From Schmidtea polychroa (Eukaryota): 64,000 nt of DNA. Positions 37,701-47,844 of the stretch are shown here, in pieces; the first letter of the stretch is position 1; every line of letters begins with the position of its first letter. The notes under the pieces are model-generated. The model did not search any database. It was not told the DNA's origin and was given only the letters and a program-made list of their open reading frames with translations. Both the position numbers and the translations under genes were made by a program. The stretch lies in the NCBI GenBank assembly GCA_044892525.1, contig CM097886.1, positions 153,140,001 to 153,204,000 on the forward strand, given 5' to 3'.

Positions 37701-40700
37701 AGCATTGATTATCACAATAATTCTTTGTTTCTGTTGATAAACTTGAAACTTACAATAAAGATATTTTGGATATACAAGGGTTCATTAACACTAAGTGATG
37801 ATCATGTTGACTGGATAATTAATGAATCTACAATTGAGTATTTGTTGAGAAATAGAATCAAACAAAATCTTGCAGACTTTATTCGGCGATTTGTAAATGA
37901 CGAAGTCACAGCCAGAGTTTTTCTTGTATATTCACCTAGTCATATATTTTAGGATGCTTACATTTTTTTATAATTCAAGTTCAATAATGTGCAGAATGCA
38001 CATTGCACATGACATGTTATAACTTGTACAAGTATTGACTAAGGAAGAAAATCCAAGAAATGTTTAAACATTATGTTATTAAAGTTTAAACTAATAAACT
38101 CACTAAGTTACTAATACTTAATTTTTTACACTTTTGTTTTAGATTTCTCTTTCCAATATTTATGTTAACATTTGTGGATGTCATATGCAATTTTAATTTT
38201 GGATAGGGCGAGAAATTTGCTGGAACTTAAAACCTAGATTAATATATCCATATGCTATTAAACTCAATTTTTAATATAAATATGGTTTCATTCATTTGAT
38301 TTGCTATCTAGATTAGGGCCCTTAAATAAGTGTTGATACGGGGGTCCTTATTCCGGCAATGAATGTAAATTATATAAGTATACTTTTTTCAATTTTCCAG
38401 AAGTAAAAGTAGGTGAAACTAAATTTCTAACTCTTTCCCAATCTTTGCCTTTCAAAATTGTCAACATTTTTTCAGTACTTTTTCCGTTGAATCCGATATC
38501 CTAAAAAAATATTCCTATAAAGAGAAAATTATAACAAAATATATTAAATATTTATTCGAAGGAAAATAGAATTTGAATAAGAAAATATTTCATGTATATA
38601 AAAACTTATTAGATTTCCTTCAATATTTAACTTTCTCTAACAAGTACCTTCCACATTAATAAAAATATCAATTTAATAATTAAATTTAAAATATATTATT
38701 AAATTAATTAAATTAAAATTAAATTAATTGTAACTAAAGCAAATTAAAATCGTTGTTTAAATAATCTTTTCTTTAAAAAAACGAACAATATATAAAACAA
38801 CTCATGAATCATTCGACATCTCAAGCGTTAACTCTCATCAGAACCAATAAAGAAAATATGCCAAACATTCAAGAAGCTGAAGCCTTCGTTTTCCTAGCTG
38901 CGATCTCTATGTTAATTAGCTTGATCATCAACACCTATTCAACCCAAGAAATAATCCTTAGAATACTAATTCTCAATTCTAGTGATTCTCCTGATAAAAT
39001 TCGTTACGAGAACCGTACTGACCTATCATCCACATTCAGTCAAAAGAAGTTAATTAACAATGTTATTACAGATAAAGATTCAAATACTTTCACATCGTAC
39101 GATACTTGAGTCTAAATGCCTAAATGCAAAATCATCAACAATCTCAGTACAATTGTCTGATCAAGTTATCGTGCTTTCGCTAAAACACTGACAACTGGAT
39201 CAAATATTTCCATGATTTCTTTCAATGTGGTTTACATTAAATCTTTATTCAAATTAGTTTTATGTCCCGACACGAGTAACCATAATTTATCAAAATTTTA
39301 AATATTTATATATCGAGTTTTCCAATTTTTCAAATATTTTAAATTCTTTTCATATTATTTTGAATGTTTTCATATTATTTTGAAAATTATAAAGATTTTT
39401 TTAAAGTATTCATTCTGTTGTAATAATTGAATAGGACTGTGTAATAATATTAAAGAATTAATATTATTATTCTTGTTTTAATTTGTGATAAAAACAAGAA
39501 TATATAAATTTGAATTTGGTCATTTTTTGAATTGTAACAATGGCGTCGCGAGCAGGATTTCCAGTATTAGATCTCACAAATGCAGATCAATGTCAAACAT
39601 GGATGATGACATTCAGTGCAATGACTCGAATTAACAAATGGGTTGATTCGGATAAACAGAATGTAATAACAGACAATTTCATTGCCGTATGCGGGTACGA
39701 GGCCCTTGGCAAAGTCATATCAATGCTGTCCCCGAGAAATATTCAAACAGTCAAATATGAAGAAATCGAAAGAACTATAAAATCGTTCTTACAACCAAAG
39801 ACAAGACTAGTGATAGCAGAAAGAAATAAATTTTTCTCATTAAAGCAGAAGGAATCATAAGGAATCAGCGATTTCATTCTCAGACTAAGAAAGGGAGCCG
39901 AATTCTGTCAATTCTCAAAACTAAAGGAATCAACAGATCCGACAGAAGACATGATTACAATGTCACTAATTGCAGGATTACATGACAGTGAATCTAAAAA
40001 GCGTTTGTTAGAAAAGATAGGCCATTCGGAACCAAGCGTCGACGACATCAAAGAGTTCGTTCAAAACATGGAGCAATTGAAAAGCTTCATCAACAAGAAC
40101 GTAACCCCTGCAGAATCAGAAGAAGAAAGCTCTACAGAATTGGACATAGGATCCATATGTGCAGTAAATTCATGTCACAAAGAATTGGTAAGCTGCTTAA
40201 TAAACTCAAACAAAATTCAGATGCAAATCGATACGGGAGCAGATGTCTCTATAATTTCGTCGAAACTTTGGAAAGACTTGGGTGAACCGAAGCTAAAACA
40301 TCATAATATGAAACTCACAGCCTACGACTGTCACATTATGAAATGCCTAGGTTACTTCACAGCAGAAGTAGAAACGGAAAAAAGAATTCATGCTATCAAG
40401 TTAACAGTTATTGAATCAGAGAAATCATATGGATTGTTGGGACAATATATTATTGAAGATACTATGACCATCAATTCAGCAACAGCAAAGAATAAATCGA
40501 GCAAATTCCTTCCAAGTATACGAGGTGTACAGGCAAAAATGGAACTCTTAAAAGATGCTAATAATTTCTTTTGCAGAGCAAGACCAGTACCGTTAGCATT
40601 AGAGAGCAGAGTCAACGCTGAGCTCCTACGCCTAGAAGAAATGGGTAAAATCTCCCCTTGTCGCGATCCAGTTGCCAATTGTTCACCAGTTGTATGGATC

Positions 40701-43700
40701 AAGAAAGACAATGGGGAATTGCACATGTGCGTTGATTTCAAGGTCCACGTAAACCGTAAGATTAAAACTGAAACGTATCCTCTGCCAAATATTGAGACTA
40801 TTTTTGCCCGTATGAAGAATGCAAAAAGATAAGCAAAGATAGATCTGAAATCGGCATATTGGCAAATCGAACTAGACAATAATGCAAGGCAACTTTCCAT
40901 CATAAATACCTCGAAAGGTCTATTCTACGTCAACCGCTTACAAATGGGTATGAAGAACTCATCTATATTCCAGAGAACAATGGAAGACATACTAGCCGAT
41001 ATAAAAGGCATTTTAATCTATCAAGACGATATATTAGTCTTTGGAGAGAATGACGAGGTTCTAAAAAACGATTAGAGGCGGTAAAGCAAAGATTAAAAGA
41101 AAAAAAAGATTACAATAAACAAGGAGAAATCAATCGAATATGTCGACGAAATAACGTTCCTCGGATTCAGTATTTCAAGCCGAGGCATCCAACCGGACCA
41201 AAAGCTGATCAATAAAATACAAGATATATCAGTGCCATCCAACAAAAAAGAAGTTGAAAGTTCTATAGGCTTAGTAAATTATTTCGGCCGGTTGATACCA
41301 CAATTCTCGAATAAAATATCACCGATAAATAACCTCCGAAAAAAAAGAAGCTCAATTCATATGGTCAAAGGAATGTCAAGAAAGTTTTGATAAGCTAAAA
41401 ACGGAACTAAGTTCCCATCCCATAGTTAGATCGTATTGTCTAAAAAAAGAAGCAACATTAACCACAGATGCATCGAAAGAAGCCATAGGAGCAGTCCTCG
41501 CACAAGAAGGACATCCAGTCATATTCGTCTCGAGGACATTATCGATAGCAGAAAAGAACTACTCTAATATAGAAAGAGAAGCATTAGCCATAGTCTGGTC
41601 AGTTTCAAGATTAAGCCACTTTCTATTAGGGCGAAAATTTACATTACAAACTGACCACCGCCCGCTCATATGTTTATTAGGAAGTAATCAAGCAATACCC
41701 GATCATACTTCTCTGCGAATTACGAAATGGGCTTTAAATCTGATGCAATATGATTACATCATTACACATGTTCCAGGAAAAGAAATTACTCATGCGGATG
41801 CATTGACGAGATTACGATTTAGTAATCAAGCGGTCGATTTTAAGACATTGAGCTATGCTAGAATGCACAGTGTCGTCTTTCAAACAATTTTAAAACCCCA
41901 AGAAGTAAAATGTGAGCTACAATTAGACACTCGTATACAAGGAATTATGAACAGGGTAAAACGTGGAAAATGGTCAAAATGCAGTCAGTATGAATCCTCA
42001 CTTAAGGCGGTTTCAGCATCTCTCACAATCGAAAATGGAATGCTATATAAAGGATCTCGTCTATTCATACCAGAACGTTTAAGACGAAAGGCGATAGATT
42101 CGTTCCACAAGGAATCTCACAGTGGCATCCAATCATCCTGCAGGATGATTCAAAACGCAGCATGGTGGCCTGGTATAACGAGAGACATCGAACAATATGT
42201 GAAAAAATGTGAAATATGTTCTACATTACGCCCCCAGAAACAGAAGACAGTCCACGAGTGGCCAAACGCCACACCCTTTGAAAGACTTCACATAGATTGG
42301 GCGTACTCCCGAGACGTCGGAAACATTTTAATAATCGTTGATTCAGGATCGGGATGGATCGAAGCCTTTAGAACCAAAGAACGCACAACTGAAAACGTCA
42401 TCAAATGCCTACGAACAGTATTCATCAGATTCGGAATACCAGAATGCATAGTATTCGACAACGCTCCTGAGTTTACATCAAAAGAATTTTTAGCATGGAT
42501 TGAGAATCAAGGAGCTCGAAAGATAGAATCTCCACCTTACTTTCCAATGGAAAATGGGAGGGCAGAGAGAGCTGTCCAGACAATAAAGAAGAGGATCAAA
42601 TGTTGGAAGCTAAGCCAGTGTCATATGGAATTTGACGTCTTCCTCCAGAAGATGTTATTTTATCATCGCATCTCAGCAAACTATTATGGTAAATCTCCGG
42701 CGGAAATGGTTTTTGGAAGGCAGATTAGAAGACCAATAGTGAGCACATTCGACAAAGGCCAATCAGTCGGATACAAGCCGTCCTCCAATCATGAGTTAAC
42801 AAATCAGAAATATCTTATGCCAAAAGGAAGAAACACGTCGTGGATAATGGACGTCTAGGGAGATGAGCCTGTCTTACGACTATCAAGCAATAATCAAATA
42901 TACTCCCCAGGCACCAAAAAAGCAACAGAAAAAACATTTACTTCTCAGGAGAACGCCGAGGACAATTCATATCAGCCTTCTCTCTTAACGGAGACTATGC
43001 CCGACGGCGATAACCGAGTGAGAAGTCAGAGATCAAGAAGACCTCCGAACCTTTACGGCGAATGGACACTAGAGAGAGACATGTAATAATATTAAAGAAT
43101 TAATATTATTATTCTTGTTTTAATTTGTGATAAAAACAAGAAAATATAAATTTGAATTTGGTCATTTTTTGAATTGTAACAGACTGCCACTAGGAATACA
43201 TGTATAGTTATTATCATTAGAATAAATAAAAAAATATTTTTAACTATTGATAACAAAATTTTGAATAGAGTAAATATGAAAGTATAATTTATTTGTTTGG
43301 AAAAATTCAAATTTTGGATTGTCTTTAAAATGGGGAAAATCAAGAGATGACGATTTAATTTCATTTATATTAAATAAAGTGTTTGAATCATAGCCATTCA
43401 AATAATTGATTTGGATCAAATATAGTTTTATAATGCGTTTTTTAATACTTGTGTGTGTGTGTGTGTGTGTGTATTATACTTGTCAGTAAATCAATTAAGA
43501 TAAATTTTTAATCAGTACTTAATTATTATTTATGACCAGTAATAAATTTTGACCAATGATAATTTTTAGGTGTTACTTTTTATGGAGTTTTAATGACTGA
43601 AACATCAAAAATATTGTTCCCAAAGTATAAACGTAAATTCCAAGGGATAAATATGTTTCGAATGACCGTTACCAAAAGAATCAATAACATATGTAATAAT

Positions 43701-45391
43701 ATAATGGAGCAATTAAAAACTAAAGCCAAAGAATTTAAATATTGTACTTTGTTGATAAATAAAAGTAGACATTGGAGATATCTAACAATTAATTGTCTGT
43801 TTAGAAAATAATTGACAGCAATGCAGCCTATTAAAGGAGCAACGGATGGTGTGGATATTATGAGAATTTAAGAATTGTTTCTTATCATTGAATATTTCCT
43901 TTAAAAAGATTTGCAATATCACTACTGATGATGCATCGATCATGAAGGGAAAAAATTTCGATTTTCAAGGCCAATTTAGAAAAAAATATAATCCATTTTA
44001 CTACTTGACATAATCCAGCAAGATTCTCTTTGAAAAGCCGGATTATAAATATGCGATATGTTACTAAACATAACCAAACTTATCAATACCATTTGTGCAA
44101 ACAGCTTAAATCATAGGTTGTTTAAAGAATTTGTTTAAGAATCTACTATACAAGTTTTTGAAAGAATATGGAACCTCCGGAATCAATTATTTGATTTTTT
44201 CGTGAGAATAACGTGAATAGAGAATTACTATATGTATATAATATTGATTGAGTAATAGAATTGGTCTTTTATACTGATATTTTGTGCTATATGAATGAGC
44301 TAAATTTGAAACTAAAAAGCAAAAACCAACTGATTGAAAATATCTGTAATCATTTACATTACTTTTGAATGCAACTACATCAATTTATTTAGTAAATGAT
44401 GGGTGGCATAGTTATCCAGATTGCAAAAAAAACGCTATTAACATATTTGACTTCAGATGTGTGCAAAATGTTCCTCTGTGATGAAAAAAATATTATCAAA
44501 ATGCGATACTCGTTTTCAAGATATCAGGGAAACTGAAAATGACATCAGATGTACTAAAAATAGCTTCATCTCTACAATTGGAATTAATCAAATTGCAGTC
44601 ATACATCTTCAGCAATAATTTCGTAGTAACAATCAGGAATTTTACCGAAATCATGACAATAATTTTCCATTTGAAATACAAAATTTAAGGTTTGGCTTAA
44701 TTTAATTTATATAGTAAACAAACGTGACAATATATGGTTACTAAGACACCATGAAACATTTAGTAATCTTTTGATAGTCTATCTTTTACTTTCCCAAACC
44801 CATATAGTCAATACCTTGAATGATGCATTATAATATAAAAAAATTCCAACGGTTTATATAAATTTAATTTTGAAATTAAATATACAGGTTAAATGTAAAA
44901 AATAAGGTATTAAAATATTATTACTTTAAAATGGTTTAAAGTATAAATAGAATAACAAAACATTAAAACTTGCCAATCTGTCTGTGAAAGATTTAGCCTC
45001 TTTAATTAGGATTTGTTTCAACATTTCTTCATCTGACACGATACAAGATCTAATATTTCCCAAATAAAATCTATTATAAATCACTATAAAAATTTCATTA
45101 AATAATTCATAATATTACGGATAAATATTTCCATATTTTTGATGATTTAATTTATCCATTTCATGAACACCAAATCTAAATAAATCAATAAAATTTCCAA
45201 TGTATGGCCATGGTGGTGGACCTCTGTGACCAAGTTTTATATGAAGGTTTTGTTTACTTTGCCCATATCTAAAATTAAATAAAATATAATATCTTTATTA
45301 AATATTGCTGATACCTGTATAATAAATAAAGTCCAAAAAGAAGGAGTAAAGATTTTATATCCAAAATATAACTTAGTAAATATTGTATCAT
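6797..45391 (-). CDS. Cytochrome P450, clan 3 / CYP3A-like (CYP-A), 11 exons, 518 aa
   Basis: Exons: 45391-45315, 45268-45119, 45070-44974, 38500-38384, 34406-34321, 33643-33495, 33445-33306, 33260-33009, 19260-19019, 7085-6923, 6880-6797. They sum to 1557 nt with compatible phases and no internal stop. Motifs: TM anchor, GPPPWPYIGN, WERVR, AGFETT, ETLR, FGMGPRNCVG. Intron 9 crosses an N-gap. Confidence 0.88.
7927..8303 (-). pseudogene. PSMA6: Truncated intronless proteasome alpha-6 (alpha1) subunit fragment
   Basis: Translation ...VATQRKVPDK...LFNITESTGGVMTGM...RSQV.RA..EAA.FRYKHGYEMPCD....IADI.Q..TQ..EMRPLGCSM matches the PSMA6 core. The N-terminal DRHITIFSPEG region and the C-terminus are absent. 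Confidence 0.85.
8505..8648. repeat. GC-rich inverted plus direct repeat (double hairpin)
   Basis: CTCGCGTCTGTGTGCGC (8508-8524) is the exact reverse complement of 8553-8569. A 21-bp direct copy at 8600-8620 has an imperfect partner at ~8631-8648. Confidence 0.9.
10923..10956. repeat. (TA)n microsatellite, left flank of the hAT-like element
   Basis: Direct reading. Confidence 0.95.
10957..13667 (+). mobile_element. hAT-superfamily (hATm-like) DNA transposon inserted in a (TA)n microsatellite
   Basis: Perfect 15-bp inverted ends TTAGGGTGGGTCGAA (10956-10970 / 13654-13668), with (TA)n tracts directly on both sides and an internal transposase ORF. The subfamily label is from recall. Confidence 0.8.
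11190..13220 (+). CDS. DDE transposase (hAT-like), apparently intact
   Basis: 676-aa ORF (first ATG at 11205) with GFDGKQD, CDGTNTNTG, the CxxH motif CLLHANELP, and C-terminal PCHSQAVERAIK. Confidence 0.85.
   Translation: MKEIYMKASIPTVEFSSIVVRVKRLISKVRELEKYPECKRSSAKFQDKLSSFSKLFDICCCKCFNDGARGRSQCTCRLALKIPTLEWEFWIDQQTTRNMKIGNTDRQETSKLKRKQTKSSPTGKGKQMKNEIMDTEVNDLHPTSRSDTESEAASDESKDKLDNSTESSESSVEECDEFQNRRHYPELSKAVDRCGVSNRDTCLLVNAFLKDMELLSSQTIIDPAKLRRQRKYWREREIEQHSAEAKNLICLGFDGKQDSTLLHRRILKEEHYVIVAFPGDTYIDHVVPQSSKAVDIGKEIMSIIVSTQSSLTLQAIVCDGTNTNTGKNNGIIRRLEKSLGRPLQWLICLLHANELPFRKYFSVVDGGETKGPKTSCGEIGSVLDFDPKDKPVVAFMSLPGKVVDISENVKKELNTDQLYFLRVCLAVQKGYHNNKDVPFLQMAQPGNLNHSRWLTKANRILRLYMSETAPSEPLMRIVKFIVNFYGPSWFYIKTHSSCQDGARNIFYMLQLLQDLDPSDQEIIFPVIQNNNYFSHPENILLAAVGDDDEEIRKFATEKIITARQNFLPSEVIRTMDKNTVFLQSSATSYVDMIDWTKCNLTPPPLLSHILDHELKMNKKITLEQFPCHSQAVERAIKDVSSASCKVFGHKSRHGMVLLCKKSRKELPKVQSKADFM
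13668..13707. repeat. (TA)n microsatellite, right flank of the hAT-like element
   Basis: Direct reading. Confidence 0.95.
14189..14255. mobile_element. 67-bp mini-MITE (pogo/Tigger-type CAGGT ends)
   Basis: Perfect 23-bp inverted repeat CAGGTAACCCTCCTACAACGCGG with a 21-nt spacer. TA on the left flank, CA on the right. Confidence 0.75.
14635..15100 (+). mobile_element. Probable solo LTR
   Basis: Begins TGTAACA, ends ATTACA, and contains AATAAA followed by GT-rich sequence. Flanks TAAT/GAAT are a near-TSD. The right end is uncertain by about 8 bp. Confidence 0.5.
16090..16600 (+). pseudogene. Decayed mariner (Mos1/SETMAR-type) transposase remnant
   Basis: Fragments ITVDET..LYVSETKRKS and IIFWEICGIICWDFVGKGLRISSTY match mariner VT.DE.W..Y.PE.K and VFWD..GII..D.L..G..INS. 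Many stops and frameshifts. Confidence 0.7.
16620..16880 (+). pseudogene. Penelope-like GIY-YIG endonuclease 3' remnant
   Basis: CSDLVYQFTCNKC...EETSRHLCIRACEH and a later PKINVQ match the Penelope EN pattern VY...C..C...Y.G.T.R.L..R..EH...P.LN.Q. Confidence 0.6.
17256..17456. other. Assembly gap (N run)
   Basis: 201 N. Confidence 1.
17519..18960 (+). mobile_element. Tc1/IS630-like DNA transposon, full length
   Basis: About 44-bp TIRs starting CAGGGTTT (5 mismatches), TA on both flanks, subterminal TGACA/TGTCA repeats, 1442 bp long. Confidence 0.9.
17678..18793 (+). CDS. DD34E transposase (Tc1/IS630 family)
   Basis: 371-aa intact ORF with an HTH region, FIDEVGF and IMDNVKFH...LPPYSPFLNPIE. 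There are 34 residues between the second D and the E. Confidence 0.92.
   Translation: MARQINQFPASIANNTEIEVESDNTAEPAIRNTFRVQRRNSTTSNADRDRVITAYDDGTSIVDISRILSIKRTTIYGILKKYHNTGVVEADKRGGDHPQKLTENQKNQVKEWVDNNCQLLLKVLAEKVFTEFQIRISTTYVYNLLSRFHYSMKRLHLIPERRNSTEVIETRKEYALNFSSILSIYSEQELIFIDEVGFNVSMRTTRGRSQIGTPATLNVPTIRSRNISIACAMNKNGLLFYKSFNRALNKEKFIEYITELKEVLIDKEIHRCVFIMDNVKFHKSPEVLSAIKNENTTVKFLPPYSPFLNPIENMFSKWKEITKRTNPRNEDDLRRAIENGSTLISSQDCSNYVRNMWSYIPRCIEGEIILN
19581..19638. mobile_element. 58-bp hAT-type mini-MITE
   Basis: TAGGGTTACCAGAC ... GTCTGGTAACCATA (13/14 inverted match). An 8-bp ATTATATT direct repeat flanks it within +/-1 nt. Confidence 0.6.
23216..24586 (+). pseudogene. Mutator/MULE transposase with FLYWCH domain, disrupted
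   Basis: FLYWCH-like N-terminus (...KC..Y....C.A........HNH), DGTFK, QLYTIHG, TDFELAAINA, YFE..WIG, P.F....W and SHPTMW. Split by several stops and frameshifts. Confidence 0.85.
28756..29779 (+). mobile_element. Non-autonomous hAT element (internal-deletion derivative)
   Basis: 15-bp TIR CAGTGTTTCGAACCC, perfect 8-bp TSD TTTTATAC and subterminal GAACCC repeats. Internal coding remnant: YLDPRF...EFWEQ...VPATQVSVERAFSALK (hAT dimerisation domain). Confidence 0.93.
31419..31530. mobile_element. Left end of a hAT-type MITE (fragment)
   Basis: TAGGGATGGCAA start followed by repeated ATCCGGATA subterminal motifs. No partner end seen. Confidence 0.45.
31851..32146. mobile_element. pogo/Tigger-type MITE
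   Basis: CCGTATTTTTAC ... GTAAAAATACGG perfect inverted ends, TA on both flanks. Confidence 0.8.
36932..37433. mobile_element. MITE with imperfect long TIRs
   Basis: GGCCGCTTGTTAGGA..CCCCTTGTTAGG pairs with CCTAGCAAGGGG...CTAACAAGGGGCC. No TSD found. Confidence 0.55.
39440..43181 (+). mobile_element. Ty3/Gypsy LTR retrotransposon, compact and disrupted
   Basis: 100-bp LTRs at 39440-39539 and 43082-43181 (1 mismatch), 5-bp TSD GACTG, PBS TGGCGTCGCGAGCAGG and a purine tract before the 3' LTR. Domain order is gag, PR (IDTGA), RT (YQDD), RH (TDAS..A, TDH.PL), IN (HHCC, D-D-E). Confidence 0.95.
39540..42858 (+). pseudogene. Gypsy gag-pol with in-frame stops and frameshifts
   Basis: TAA at 39858 and 40830, and frame changes near 41065, 41105 and 41345. 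The integrase portion 41743-42858 is open. Confidence 0.9.
43449..43472. repeat. (TG)n microsatellite
   Basis: Direct reading. Confidence 0.9.
43590..44620 (+). pseudogene. hAT-Charlie (GTF2IRD2/EPM2AIP1-like) transposase remnant
   Basis: Fragments TVTKRI..I..N..EQLK, MQPIKG.T.G.DI, ITTD.AS.M.G and YTDI..YMNELNLKLK.K. Heavily disrupted. Confidence 0.75.
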
Positions 45392-47844
45392 TGATATTTT
45401 AAAATGGTGATTAAAATACCATATACAAACACATCTTATAATAATTGTTAAAATATTCAATCCTTTAACGCTTAAATAAATATTAAAATTAATAATTAAT
45501 GAAATATTTTCATTAAATAAAATCATAGAGAATCTTCCTTTTGGTAAGTATAGAATTTTAATTTCAAAATAATCTTTACATTGTAAATTAATTAATGTAT
45601 TTATGTTTCAAGTCTATTTCTTTGTTCAACTTAAAATTACAAATAATGCATATTTCATAAATAAAGATTGATTCTAAAAGTTGACAAGCAAAACAAATAA
45701 GCCATAAACACTGTGGATTTCAGCTTTGGAATGTTATTTGGCTGCTAAAATTGTCGCGGCACTTCGACAAGTGGGAGATTTTCCAACGAAGCTCATAGGC
45801 CTGGGCTGGTTGTAGCCACATGGCTTCCATTAAATTAATCTTTTACTGCAATTTAGGAAGTGTTTCCCTCGCTTGTCGACTTTCTATCAATTCCTCACCA
45901 TCGTAGTGACCAAGTGTCTTTACAGTAAGCTCGTTTGAAGTATTCATGACTGTAATAAGGAGAGATTTAAAAGACCTTCGGCTTGTTTGTGTCAAAAAAT
46001 ATATATATAAGACCATTAACTTAATTATGAAAATAAAATTTAAATCTACTTACTACGTTAATGTTAACCAGTAATTCGCTCAACCTTTTTTCTTAATTTG
46101 GAAATGACCCTTCTGCATATTTAGTGATTTCAACATTTCGTTTTAAAAATCTGTGTGTTTATAATGCTAACATAAATCGTTATTGTAACAAAGGTAGCGA
46201 ATTTTTAATTTCCCTAATTTTTCTGTCAGTTAAATTGTTTAATTACTTAACATTTAAATTTCTATTTAAATTATGTTTTAAAGTTAAAATAATTAATTGG
46301 AAATTGACTAAAGTAATTTCTAGTACGCAGATTTTTTACTCAATAATGATTTACTTATGTAGACAATTTTATGGAATGTGTCCTACATTGGTGATTGTCA
46401 TCATTTATGAGTATAATCTCCTATAATATTACAGTTCGCTTCATTCAATTTGCGAAAATTGTTGTTACAGGCATATTGGTTTTCGTTGAAAGGCTGATGT
46501 TCTTCAAGCGAGAAATATTCTTCATCAGAATCCAAGTCACATTCCAATTCACCGCTGTTGTATCTACTTGTTGGTTCATTCTTCATTTCCAATTGCTGTA
46601 CTCTTTCTCTGTCCACTGATATAAATGTAACTTGATCGTTGCTATACATTAGATCGTCCATAAACGTTCTTCTAGTGTCTTCTCTATAAAACTTTAGTTC
46701 TCATTTTGAGGGTTCGATGTACATATCTGCATTGATGTCATTCTTAATTTCTTCTGTAGATGGTGTGCAAATATTTTCTTGGATCTGAGGTTTTTTAAAG
46801 TTTCGAAGGTTGTAATTGATTATCTTTCCCCACTATTGTTCTACGATCTTTGGTTGAGAATGGGTCGGGTCACTTAAGTATTTTGTTCAATTTTTTATCT
46901 TTATACAATCTCTTGTGATATGTAATCACCCTGTATACCAAATTGAATGATCTAATTTTCTGAAGGGGTAAGTTTAGTATAAATGAATGCAAAAACTTGT
47001 CCTCTGACATCTTTCTCACTTCCAGTACGTTAGATGTACCAAATTTGAGGGCTTTTAGTTAACTCATGATTTCGTATCCAATGACAATTTGCCCATATCG
47101 AATTTTCAGAATAATATTTTTTTGTAATGTGGTATTACTCTGACAACGGGTCTACTAATTCTAATTAATTTATTTATTTTTAATTATTGACTTTGTGACC
47201 CAACACTTGAGATAACGCAATTGAATCCATCATTAGGATTCCTCACCAGTCATTTGAAGCCTGGAGTACAAAGTTATTTAGTTTCTAAATTCAAAGTTGC
47301 AATAAAAAGGGAATCACTGTGCTTGATAAATAATAATGGTTCTAGTAAATAATTTTAATAATAAAAATATAAATGACCATATTTTACAATGAAGCTTTGG
47401 GAATATTGAAAAGAACTTCTCTATGTATTTCGAAAACACCGAAATTTGACCTGTTAACGTGACAGGCATGCGTCCTTCCACGTTCGAGCTTGTAATAATC
47501 TTTAATAATAAGATTTAAAGAGACAATTCTTATCATAAACAGACGGCTAACAATCATATATAAAGAATAGATCAATGAAATCATCAATCTGATTAGTTGT
47601 TATTGACCTTAAGAATCTTTTCTTTTAAAAAATAATATAAAAATACTAGATCAAACTTTAATGAAGTAAACTTTTAGAGATCATAAAGAAAATTATAAAT
47701 TACTTATGGAAATAGTCATTAAAAAATTTTTTATAAATATTTTATGATATTATTTATTAAAAGAAATTTTTTTTGATTTGAATTGATTTTTTTGAATTTT
47801 AGAGGAAATTAATTTTAGAGGAAATTAATTTTAGAGGAAATATA

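Noticed and set aside
38804-39109. 101-aa plus-strand ORF
   Set aside because: No recognisable motif, and its length is compatible with chance.
45700-47230. Minus-strand coding-like scraps between the CYP genes
   Set aside because: Probably decayed retroelement sequence, but stops are frequent and no diagnostic motif supports a call.
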